From Fistulifera solaris (lineage: Eukaryota), in contig AP026124.1 in NCBI GenBank assembly GCA_030295235.1, positions 806,001 to 870,000 on the forward strand: DNA of 64,000 nucleotides, in the 5' to 3' direction. The position numbers and the translations under genes are program-made. The notes under the pieces are model-generated. The model saw only the letters and a list, made by a program, of their open reading frames with translations. It made no database searches and was not told where the DNA came from. Positions 11,795 to 20,469 of this stretch are shown one piece after another (the first letter of the stretch is position 1; each line of letters opens with the position of its first letter).

Positions 11795-12763
11795 ATGCCT
11801 CAGCAACGATACCCAAAAGTAGAGATCCTGTCGGTTCAACCACACGAAATCAAATTTATTTTGTCGGAAACGGACACGAGTGTCGCGAATGCGCTGCGTC
11901 GCATCATGATCGCTGAAGTACCGACGCTGGCGATTGATTTAGTAGAATACGCTGACAACTCGTCTGTTTTGAATGATGAGTACATAGCGCATCGCCTTGG
12001 TCTCATCCCAATCCGTTATCAAAAACCAGACTCGATGAAAGGTTCGGATTGTACCGACGCTTTCTTACCTCATCACGAATGCGTTTGTTACGAACACTGT
12101 TTGCGTTGCTCGGTCGAATTCGAATTAGATGTGTCGTACACTGTAAATGGCGACGAAGATGTTTTAGCACCGTTGACGGTCACTTCGAGGGACCTACGCA
12201 GCAATAATGAGTTGGTACATCCTGCTCATTTTCTTTCTTCGGACGAACAAGAGGAAGCACAAGATGATGGAATTGCCATTGTCAAATTAGGTCCCGGACA
12301 GAAGCTAAAACTCAAGGCAATTGCACGACTTGGAATCGCCAAGGAACACGCAAAATGGAGTCCGGTGGCAGTAGCGACTTACCGATTCTGGCCGAATATC
12401 GTTCTCAACGACGAGCGATTGGCGACACTCTCTATGGAGCAAAAGCAAGAGTTGGTTGACGCCTGCCCGGATAGAATATTAGAAATTGACCAGACTACAG
12501 GAAAGCTACAAGCTGTGGAAAATGCCTGGGATATTTGTACGTATACCGAGGATTTGATGTATGCTCAAAACGCCCTCAAACGAAGAAAGGAAGATGATGA
12601 TTTTGTGACAGTGACACCATCCACAGACCGCTTCATCTTCTCTGTTGAAACAACAGGTTGTATGGATGCTGATGAAGTACTTATTGCGGCTCTGAAAGTG
12701 TTGAAAAAGCGGTTGAACGACTTGGCCCGAGAACTTGAGACGATCAAAGAAATGAATAGCTAA
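11795..12763 (+). CDS. RPB3: RNA polymerase II subunit RPB3
   Basis: ANALRRIMIAEVPTLAIDLV, NSSVLNDEYIAHRLGLIP, CVCYEHCLRCSV, GIAKEHAKWSP. Confidence 0.96.
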   Translation: MPQQRYPKVEILSVQPHEIKFILSETDTSVANALRRIMIAEVPTLAIDLVEYADNSSVLNDEYIAHRLGLIPIRYQKPDSMKGSDCTDAFLPHHECVCYEHCLRCSVEFELDVSYTVNGDEDVLAPLTVTSRDLRSNNELVHPAHFLSSDEQEEAQDDGIAIVKLGPGQKLKLKAIARLGIAKEHAKWSPVAVATYRFWPNIVLNDERLATLSMEQKQELVDACPDRILEIDQTTGKLQAVENAWDICTYTEDLMYAQNALKRRKEDDDFVTVTPSTDRFIFSVETTGCMDADEVLIAALKVLKKRLNDLARELETIKEMNS

Positions 12764-12914
12764 TTAAATCATTGATGTATTGTCGTGTACTTGATATTTC
12801 ATCAGCACGTTCAGTCAATTCTTTACTTGTCTGATATTTACAGTTCTAGAAGGAATGGATCTAAACCTTTTTAGAGAAGTTAACTCGCTATCTATGGTTT
12901 TTAAAAGTGCAACA

Positions 12915-14335
12915 TTACATCTCCTCCTTGAAGTTCTTGTGCTCCTGAGCAATGTACTTGTCAGCTCCGACCGCATCTGCTAGTTTGTCAAGAAGAATGG
13001 CTGATATTATTCTTATCGGTTTCTTCAAATAATTGGGATCGTGAGGCGGTCCCTTCATTTCACCTATTCGGTCGATTACTTCTCGACCAATAATGACAGT
13101 CCCGAAACAAGAAGGCGGCCCATCGTTGTCGGCTTGATTTATGTATATGGCCGGCCCCGGTCTATGTTTGCTTCTATCGTTTGGCTTGAAGCACACCGTA
13201 TACTTGGACTGTGGCAACGCATTGGCGCTGTCTTCCGGAAACGGCAAATGACCAAAGCCATGAGAAATCATTTTGTCTATTGGGATGCTGGATTGCTTCG
13301 CGTTTGAGGTTAACTTCTTTGCCAGCGAATTATTTGTGTTCATCAACTTTGCAGCCAAGGCAGTGGTGAGCGCGCCAGCAGACACTGTCTGCGTCAAATC
13401 GGTCGAAAGAGTGCGTCCATCATTGAAGTATATTGTTGGGCCACTCCACAATCCAAGGTCGATTTGTTTCAAGAAGAAGAAGACGCTTGTCGGAGCTACT
13501 TTCTCGCTTGTAATTTCAATAGTGAAGTACGAAAACATATCATCGACTTCATCTGTCAGTCTTGGCAAATAAAGCTGAAATTGGATAAAATGCGGACCGG
13601 GTCCAAACTCTTCAACGGTAAGTTTCTCAAAAAGTACTTGTAAATCTCTATCGATTGCACGTCTTTCTGCCTCAATTTGTGATGTGTAGAGCTGATACGA
13701 TCCCCATGCCTGTTTCACCTCTTCTGCAGCTTGATCGAGTAGCTTCCGTTCTTCCGAAAGCGCCAAAGCTTGCTGGGCGAGCTCTTTTGCAGCAGCTCTA
13801 AATGTTGCCCCATAAGAGACATTTTCTCAGGCTCATTTGTTACGTCGCTGTCAGTAGACATTGTGCTGTCTTTATTTTCCGAGTTTTCACCGTTTGTCAT
13901 TGCGTTCTGGATCGATTGCGATTGAGATTTGGCCAATTCTACAAGAAGTTTCTCTTGACTCAACAGTAGCTCATCCCTCAGTGAATTTTCAGCCACGTTG
14001 TCTTCCTGAATCTTTCTAGAAGCATGTTGTCCGAACATGATACCAAAGTAGAACGTTCCCCCGAGTAAGACTGATGATATTAAGAGAAGAAGCGCAAGAT
14101 TCTTCTGACAAGTTGGTGTGTGATTCTGATAGATATCTTCTTCGCAATTTCCAGCCGCAACCGAGGATAGATCCATGGAAGAGCTAGATTGGGAATCATC
14201 ACTGTCGATATCTCTTGAGAGCCAAGGTATTTTGGGTGTCATTCTACTTGGCAGCGAGTTTCTTTTCGAGGGAATGATATCATGGTACGTAGAATTTGTA
14301 TGGATTGGGAGAAAATCTGAGTGTCGCTTTCCCAT
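12915..14335 (-). CDS. Membrane-anchored protein with coiled coil and degenerate cyclophilin-like domain; frameshift near 13770-13790
   Basis: ORF 13715-14335 has TM LALLLLISSVLLGGTFYFGIMF; ORF 12915-13766 has FGPGPHFIQF, APTSVFFFLKQIDLGLWSG, PGPAIYIN and CFGTVIIGREVIDRI, resembling a cyclophilin fold. Confidence 0.6.
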
Positions 14336-14817
14336 AATTGCTTACTTGGTCGGTTCGTTTTTTTTTGCTTAGCTCGCTTCACTCATTCACCATGTGGGCT
14401 TGTTGATTTCAGAGAATGAAATCGAATTGGAATTAAAAAAGACAATCTTAACGCGATTGTCTCGATACAAGTGTCTCCGTTTGTCCGCTTCCAACATCGC
14501 GTTTGTATTATCATCGATACACTCCGTATCCAATTTTTTCAACGGAATAGAACGAAATATGTAAAATTTTCAACGGAACTTACAAAGAAGGTTCCTTAAA
14601 TTCATAATAACGTAGACGTTATCGGTGTGAGTATCAAAATACTTACAAGTTGGTAATAAATCCCAACGGATCAAAGCGCCTGTCGTTTGGCCGTCTAGCC
14701 CTAACCCCAAACAAACAACCGTTTCTGCCACCTCTAATTGTGCTTCATCCATTCATTCCTCATCAACACATTTCGAGAGACTCTCTACCAGATGGTAGAG
14801 TGCCCCTAATCGACAGT

Positions 14818-15672
14818 ATGGTCAAGCCAAAAGGAGGTAAAAAGAAATCAAGCGGACAGCACTCGCGGATCAAAACATCGCACCAGCAACGGGTTCGAGA
14901 TGGGATTCTAGAAAGCAATGAGGAAGACATTAAACGGCGCAATGAAGAGCTTACATTCTGTGGAGAAGTGAAGAAAGATCCGTTCAAAGGCCTTTCGTTG
15001 AGAATGTGGGACTTCGCTCAGTGTGATCCGAAACGGTGTACGGGAGCACGATTGGCGAAACGTGGTATTTTTCAGAAAATGCCGTTGAAGCAAAACTTCC
15101 GAGGAATTGTTCTCAGTCCCCAAGGTACTCAATCGGTGAGCCCCGCGGATTTGCCTATTCTCGAGAAGTCCGGTATATCATTGATTGACTGTTCTTGGGC
15201 GCGTCTGGACGAAATTCCGTTTCGACAAATGCAAGCAGGGCATCATCGACTTCTACCATTTATGGTGGCGGCGAATACTGTCAATTACGGCAAGCCAAGT
15301 AAGCTGAGCTGTGCGGAAGCTGCTGCTGCGACTTTGTATATTTGTGGAAAGCAAGATGCTGCTATAGCTTTAATGGACGAGTTTTCCTGGGGTAAGGAAT
15401 TTTTACGTCTCAATAAAGAAGTACTTGAATTGTACGCAAGTTGTACAGATTCGACCGAAGTTGTGGAGAAGCAAAACGAGTGGTTGGCAAAGTCAGAGCT
15501 CGAAGCGACTCGCCTGGTAAATGTTGATGACTATGCGTTAGGAGATCTTCCTCCCGATGACGACGAGTTCCATGAGGACGACGAATATTCAGCAAGCGAC
15601 GATGCTTCTGACGCTGAGGTTGACAAGTTTGGTAATTTCGTTGAAAAGGGGATTGAAAATAGTGATGGCTAA
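14818..15672 (+). CDS. TSR3: 18S rRNA aminocarboxypropyltransferase TSR3
   Basis: MWDFAQCDPKRCTG, LIDCSWARL, RLLPFMVAANTVNYGKPSKLSCAEA, FSWGKEFLRLN, acidic tail. First plausible ATG is 14818 (MVKPKGGKKK). Confidence 0.95.
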   Translation: MVKPKGGKKKSSGQHSRIKTSHQQRVRDGILESNEEDIKRRNEELTFCGEVKKDPFKGLSLRMWDFAQCDPKRCTGARLAKRGIFQKMPLKQNFRGIVLSPQGTQSVSPADLPILEKSGISLIDCSWARLDEIPFRQMQAGHHRLLPFMVAANTVNYGKPSKLSCAEAAAATLYICGKQDAAIALMDEFSWGKEFLRLNKEVLELYASCTDSTEVVEKQNEWLAKSELEATRLVNVDDYALGDLPPDDDEFHEDDEYSASDDASDAEVDKFGNFVEKGIENSDG

Positions 15673-15979
15673 TACCATTTGTCGTCGGAAGATGATTCCG
15701 AAGGAGAAGTGGATCGTATCGGTAAATTCGTCGCGAAGAAGAAAAATGTTGGTGAGGAGATTGTCGATTAGCTTGCACGTCAGACATGCGTTGCCATGGT
15801 CGACATCGATATAACAAAGTCTACGAAGGCAACATGGATCGAGTCTTATTAGCAAGCGTTTTGACGATCAAAGATGATGCAATAAGAGTCCATTTTCAGA
15901 ATGCAGCACTCAGCGCTCATTATCCACGATGTTAAGTATGTTCCGAGATCCCCTATAACTCTACTTGTAAAATATTGTA

Positions 15980-17599
15980 TCACAACTTAACTCTCTCTTT
16001 GGGATGCATAAAAAAACAGTCTTTGCGTGCACACTCCGCCCCGAAGCGACATTGTACTTTTTGAAATCTTCGTTTATCCTTCTTGGTAGCCGCGTGCCCT
16101 CCTCCCCATTTCAACACCGAAGGTGCAGCTTTATTTGATGTTGCGTCGGGTAGAATGGCATCCATCCCGTTGTTAGTCCATTCAACATCATCTGCTCGAA
16201 CAGTTACTCCCTCTTCGACACACAGTGGACATCTTAGCAGCAGATTGTCGTCCTTTTTTGATGTCGACGACATGCATTTATCACACATGAGTACTGGAAC
16301 ACCGCACATACTGCATTTCTTTTTTCCAAGATAGCGATCCCATGGTTTTTCGCACAAACAACATTTTGTATCTGTTGTAGATGAGTGGCTGTGACCGAGA
16401 ACACCTCCATCGCCGTCCCTATCTCCGGCTCCACAAGCTTCCCGTTTATCAAATACAAAGTTTTTACCTCGAAAGTATCCTCCCGTCGGAAATTCTTGTA
16501 AGTATTTCTCCACACCACCTTGTAGTTGGAATACTCCTTTCACATTGTTAACTGTATTCCGTAAGTACGCGGAAGCACGTTCGCAACGCACTCCACCCGT
16601 GCAGAACAGCATGACATTCTTGTCTTGTAACTTTTCCTGTGTTTCTTTTTTGTTCAGCCACTTGGCAAAATCTGTACTCTTGCGCATCTTCGGATCAATG
16701 TACTCTGCACCTGGTGCTGTTGGTGCATCTGCCTGTTGTCCATCAAATCGTCCCAAGGCGGCTTCATAGTGATTTCGGACGTCAATCACGACAGTACTCG
16801 AAGAATCTTGTTCCAGCATTTTATGAAAGTCGGCAGGAGGAAGGTGAAAACCCGTCTTTTCCAATGGTGCTGGGTCCTGGTCTTCTTTGCGTTTAGGAAA
16901 ACCGTAAAACACTAGTTCTTGCACCGGAAATAGCTTGAGATCCTTGAAATGTCGGTCCGCTTGTACATGGTCAATGAATTTAAAATCCGTTTGACTAAAT
17001 ACTTTGGGATCGAATCGTTTCAAGTCTCGGCAGAAATGACGCAGTGTTTCGACCGCTGTATTGTGTTGGTCGTCGATGGCACTCAAGGTCACGTTGAGGC
17101 CTTCTCGCGCCACCCGGATGCGACCACCTAGATTCGGTCGATGTTCGGCGATTTGCACCAGAAAGGCCATGAGCAAATCAACTTTGGATTGCGGCCACAG
17201 TGGTTCTGTTACATACTGATAAAAGAGAAGGATCGAAGCTGTGGGTAGTTGCTCTAGTGGTGTTTCTTTCATGAGTTTCAGAATCTCAGCATTCGTATAG
17301 TGCACGGACGATTTCAGCACGACGGCTTTCGGAAACCATTTGCCCAAAGATTTGGTGTGTTTGGCACTCATGTCTTGGAAGGAAGGAATCGGTGTGGGTA
17401 CATATGTCTTTTCGAGTTCTTCTTCGCTGGGAATCGTTCGTTGAATAGTGTTGTTGTTTAGTGCTTCATTCGATGCAGTGTCACTCGAATGCTTTTCTGA
17501 TTCTTCCCGTTGCTTCTTTCGCGCTTTTTGTTCTTTTCGACTCAAGCGACCGCGTTTTCGATCGGCCTTCGCTTTTGGGTGCTCATCTCCATTTGTCAT
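15980..17599 (-). CDS. Rhodanese-domain protein of the TrhO/YceA/TSTD2 (UPF0176) family with C-terminal CCCH-like finger
   Basis: LLFYQY, GRIRVAREGLNVTL, IDVRNHYEAALGRF, MLFCTGGVRCERAS, QLQGGVEKY, GKNFVFDKR; CRFGAECARKDCFFMHP at the C-terminus. Confidence 0.88.
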   Translation of the reverse strand: MTNGDEHPKAKADRKRGRLSRKEQKARKKQREESEKHSSDTASNEALNNNTIQRTIPSEEELEKTYVPTPIPSFQDMSAKHTKSLGKWFPKAVVLKSSVHYTNAEILKLMKETPLEQLPTASILLFYQYVTEPLWPQSKVDLLMAFLVQIAEHRPNLGGRIRVAREGLNVTLSAIDDQHNTAVETLRHFCRDLKRFDPKVFSQTDFKFIDHVQADRHFKDLKLFPVQELVFYGFPKRKEDQDPAPLEKTGFHLPPADFHKMLEQDSSSTVVIDVRNHYEAALGRFDGQQADAPTAPGAEYIDPKMRKSTDFAKWLNKKETQEKLQDKNVMLFCTGGVRCERASAYLRNTVNNVKGVFQLQGGVEKYLQEFPTGGYFRGKNFVFDKREACGAGDRDGDGGVLGHSHSSTTDTKCCLCEKPWDRYLGKKKCSMCGVPVLMCDKCMSSTSKKDDNLLLRCPLCVEEGVTVRADDVEWTNNGMDAILPDATSNKAAPSVLKWGGGHAATKKDKRRFQKVQCRFGAECARKDCFFMHPKERVKL

Positions 17600-17903
17600 G
17601 TTGTTGATAATGGAAATGAGTAGATACAAGTATTTGTTTCGTCAACGCGAGTTCTTTGCCTTTTTTGCGCTCAGCGATGTGGATTCTGGATGGTGGATGG
17701 TGTAAGTTGCAAGGCTTAACTCTGTCGTACTGTTATACGAAGATACCTTGTGTTGACGGTCAGACAATGGTGTCTCGAAACCAATCACCAAAGAAAGAAA
17801 AACCGAGCCATTTCGCGGCCCTATCCCATCCTAGTTTCTTGATGTTATTTCAGATAAAAGCCGTGTCATAACTCTTCATACGCACACAAGAAAAGACTAT
17901 CAA

Positions 17904-18728
17904 ATGGCAAGCGAGGATGAGGAATCATCTCGAGTGGGCGGAGAAGGAGAGAAAACGGAGCAGGCCGAGACGGACAAGAAACGCCGTCGTCGCAAAAGAA
18001 ATCGCAACAAGAAGAATGCCGAAGACCAAGAGGAAGAACAGGCTTTAACACCGCAACTCACTTCTATTGAAAATGAACGTACCAGTCAAGTCGATAGGAC
18101 AGTATTTGTGGAAGGCATTCCCTATACTGCGAAACCCGACGACATTCGAGAATTCTTTCAACAACATGGACTAGAAGATATCGAGGATGTGCGTTTGCCG
18201 GTATGGCAAGATACCGGACGATTGCGGGGCTTTGGTCATGTTGTTTTCACGAGTCTAACATCGAAAGACAAAGCGCTGGCATTGTCCGGCAAGTACCTGC
18301 AAAATCGCTACCTTTCCATTTCAGCGGCCAATAAACCCAAAGAACAACGATTCGAAGCGACATCGTCGGAACCTTCCAAAAAGATAATGTTGAAAAACTT
18401 ATCTTATGAGGCTACAGAAGAAGACATTCAAGTTGCGTTAGAGAAATATGGTCGGATTGTCGAGGGTGGCGTCCGAGTTGTGCGCCATTCGGTCGGTGAG
18501 CGTAGAAGCAAAGGATTCGCCTACGTCGAATTCGGAGTCCATCGAAAGTGCAAGGAAGGTTATGCAACAAAAATTGTCATTCACAATCGCCAAGCGTTCT
18601 GTGATTACGATCATGGTCGAGTGAAAGGTAGCTTTCGTACCGCTGATGGCCGCTATTGGCAAAAGAGTATGGTCATACCACCGATGGCAGAGAGTCCAAG
18701 AAACAAAAAGTATAGACCCGCCAGCTAA
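17904..18728 (+). CDS. Two-RRM RNA-binding protein (nucleolin/NSR1-like); probable local indels near 18535, 18570 and 18665
   Basis: RNP2 TVFVEGIPY and RNP1 RGFGHVVF; second RRM IMLKNLSY and KGFAYVEF; basic NLS. An alternative frame after 18535 reads ESIESARKVM, a better RRM helix. Confidence 0.82.
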   Translation: MASEDEESSRVGGEGEKTEQAETDKKRRRRKRNRNKKNAEDQEEEQALTPQLTSIENERTSQVDRTVFVEGIPYTAKPDDIREFFQQHGLEDIEDVRLPVWQDTGRLRGFGHVVFTSLTSKDKALALSGKYLQNRYLSISAANKPKEQRFEATSSEPSKKIMLKNLSYEATEEDIQVALEKYGRIVEGGVRVVRHSVGERRSKGFAYVEFGVHRKCKEGYATKIVIHNRQAFCDYDHGRVKGSFRTADGRYWQKSMVIPPMAESPRNKKYRPAS

Positions 18729-18910
18729 AAGCTAAACATTCAGAAAAATTAATAGAAATAATGTCATGTGGATAATTGTGGTTATTTTAAGTCATCCTGC
18801 AGCTTCGGATTGTTTTCTTTCAACAACGTTTCTGGTGAGCTAAAGAATGAGTGCAGCTCTAACTCATAGTATATACGCAAAAAGAAGCTCGTAGCAAATA
18901 TGCAAGCGAA

Positions 18911-19327
18911 ACATCGAGGTAAACAAGCAAAAATTAAAACACAAGAGTACTGGTAAGCTGAAAAGCAAAAGATCGTTTTCTTGAAAAATGAAAAGGATAG
19001 ACCTTAGCTCTAACGCGGATTCGAACCACGGAAAAATCGAGGGAAACAAGCAAAAATTAAAACACAAGAGTACCGGTAAGCGCTTGAAAAGCAAATGACA
19101 AGATCTCACCAGAACAGTCCGTTTTCTTGAAAAATGAAAAGGATAGACCTTAGCTCTAACGCGGATTCGAACCACGGAAAAATCGAGGGAAACAAGCAAA
19201 AATTAAAACACAAGAGTACCTGCTACCGGTAAAAGCGCTTGAAAGCAAAAGACAAGATCTCACCAGAACAGTCCGTTTTCCTGAAAAATAAAAAAACACT
19301 AGCTCTAACGCGGATTCGAACCACGGA
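18911..19327. repeat. Tandem repeat, ~3 units of 120-149 bp, each ending in the 27-nt 3' end of tRNA-Thr
   Basis: AGCTCTAACGCGGATTCGAACCACGGA at 19006, 19152 and 19301 (periods 146 and 149); shared spacer ATCGAGG.AAACAAGCAAAAATTAAAACACAAGAGTAC...CGTTTTC.TGAAAAAT. Confidence 0.95.
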
Positions 19328-19374
19328 CCTCCTCATTACTAATGAGGTGCTCTAACCAACTGAGCTATTAGAGC
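19301..19374 (-). tRNA. tRNA-Thr(AGU)
   Basis: Reverse complement GCTCTAATAGCTCAGTTGGTTAGAGCACCTCATTAGTAATGAGGAGGTCCGTGGTTCGAATCCGCGTTAGAGCT: acceptor stem GCTCTAA/TTAGAGC, anticodon arm CCTCA-TTAGTAA-TGAGG, TPsiC GGTTCGAATCC, followed by an oligo-T Pol III terminator. Confidence 0.96.
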
Positions 19375-19609
19375 TGCCACAAGAATCCCTCTTGTGATAG
19401 TATATATATTGATTTACATGATCGTTATTGTACCTGGTAGCTCGCTTTGTGGCAGTCGTCGTCGCGACGCCGCATTCAAAGGACAAGTTTACGCGGCATC
19501 TCACAAAGCAGTACTGTATGCAAAGTGCAAAATCTCACCCCAAGGAATCACAATCACGTTCATGTCAAATCATCGAATGTTTATTTGGGACTTTAAAAAA
19601 TCATCTTTT

Positions 19610-20464
19610 ATGCACAAACGAATATTTTTACATTTACTGCTTTGTCTCCTAAGCTATGAGTCCCAAGGGGCTCTCCCTTTCGTGAAGAGTGCTTGCCAGA
19701 GGCGACACGGCGACATGTTGATGAAAGTATCGTATGGCGGGGCACAGAATTTGGACCCAGACGAGTCTCCTGACAATCCTCAAAGACCTTCCCGGCGGCC
19801 GGATCGAAAAAAGAAAAAGAAATCCCCCCTGGTGCATCTTGCGGAGAAATCGGTGCAACTATCGACAAAGACGGCGTTCATGACAGCGAAGCAATCTGGA
19901 AAGGCTGCCTATTATTTAGTCAAGCCAAAACACGTGGACAAAGAAGAGCTCTTTGGATTATGGCGCATCGAACAGCAAATATCCGGCGACGGTACTTTGC
20001 CGCTGGAATGTTCGGCCAACATTGAATTTAGCCCCAGTGATGTCTTGGTCACGGTACGTGACGACCAGGAGAATGAGGTAATAATGAAAACACCTTGGAT
20101 ATTTCAACCATCACGGTGGCCACGAGCTGCTAGAGTCGAGTTTGCAGCCAAGGCTTTTATGCTAGAAGGACACCAAGAAATGTTTTATTACAAGGGACAA
20201 GTGGATCGGAAGCTGGCTGCACGATCGGTAATAAAGATCAAGGGGGATATTTATCGAATCGAGAAAACTGGCTGGAGAAGGAAAGAACGCAAGTACGTAC
20301 GAATTGGAACGTTTATTGCCAGACGACGAGTCAAGCTTCATGGCGAAGATCAGGTTGATAACAGGGACGACGATGATGAAAGTGATTTGGGTGACCTCAC
20401 TGAAGACGAGGATCTAAGTGATTACGAAGACACTGACAGTCGGTATGAACATGAAGACGATTAA
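19610..20464 (+). CDS. Hypothetical protein with N-terminal signal peptide and acidic tail
   Basis: MHKRIFLHLLLCLLSYESQGA signal-like start; globular beta-rich core (LFGLWRI...VEFAAKAF...FYYKG...IGTFIARR); D/E-rich end. Confidence 0.65.
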   Translation: MHKRIFLHLLLCLLSYESQGALPFVKSACQRRHGDMLMKVSYGGAQNLDPDESPDNPQRPSRRPDRKKKKKSPLVHLAEKSVQLSTKTAFMTAKQSGKAAYYLVKPKHVDKEELFGLWRIEQQISGDGTLPLECSANIEFSPSDVLVTVRDDQENEVIMKTPWIFQPSRWPRAARVEFAAKAFMLEGHQEMFYYKGQVDRKLAARSVIKIKGDIYRIEKTGWRRKERKYVRIGTFIARRRVKLHGEDQVDNRDDDDESDLGDLTEDEDLSDYEDTDSRYEHEDD

Positions 20465-20469
20465 ACAAT

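Noticed and set aside
18864..19199. 111-aa minus-strand ORF with internal repeat
   Set aside because: It is a translation of the non-coding tRNA-trailer repeat.
18911..19327. CRISPR-like array (27-nt repeat with spacers)
   Set aside because: The repeat is a tRNA 3' end, the spacers are copies of each other, there are no cas genes, and the context is eukaryotic.
18730..19330. Integrated element flanked by tRNA att sites
   Set aside because: Copies are only ~150 bp apart with no cargo, and no integrase, transposase or reverse transcriptase was recognised in the window.
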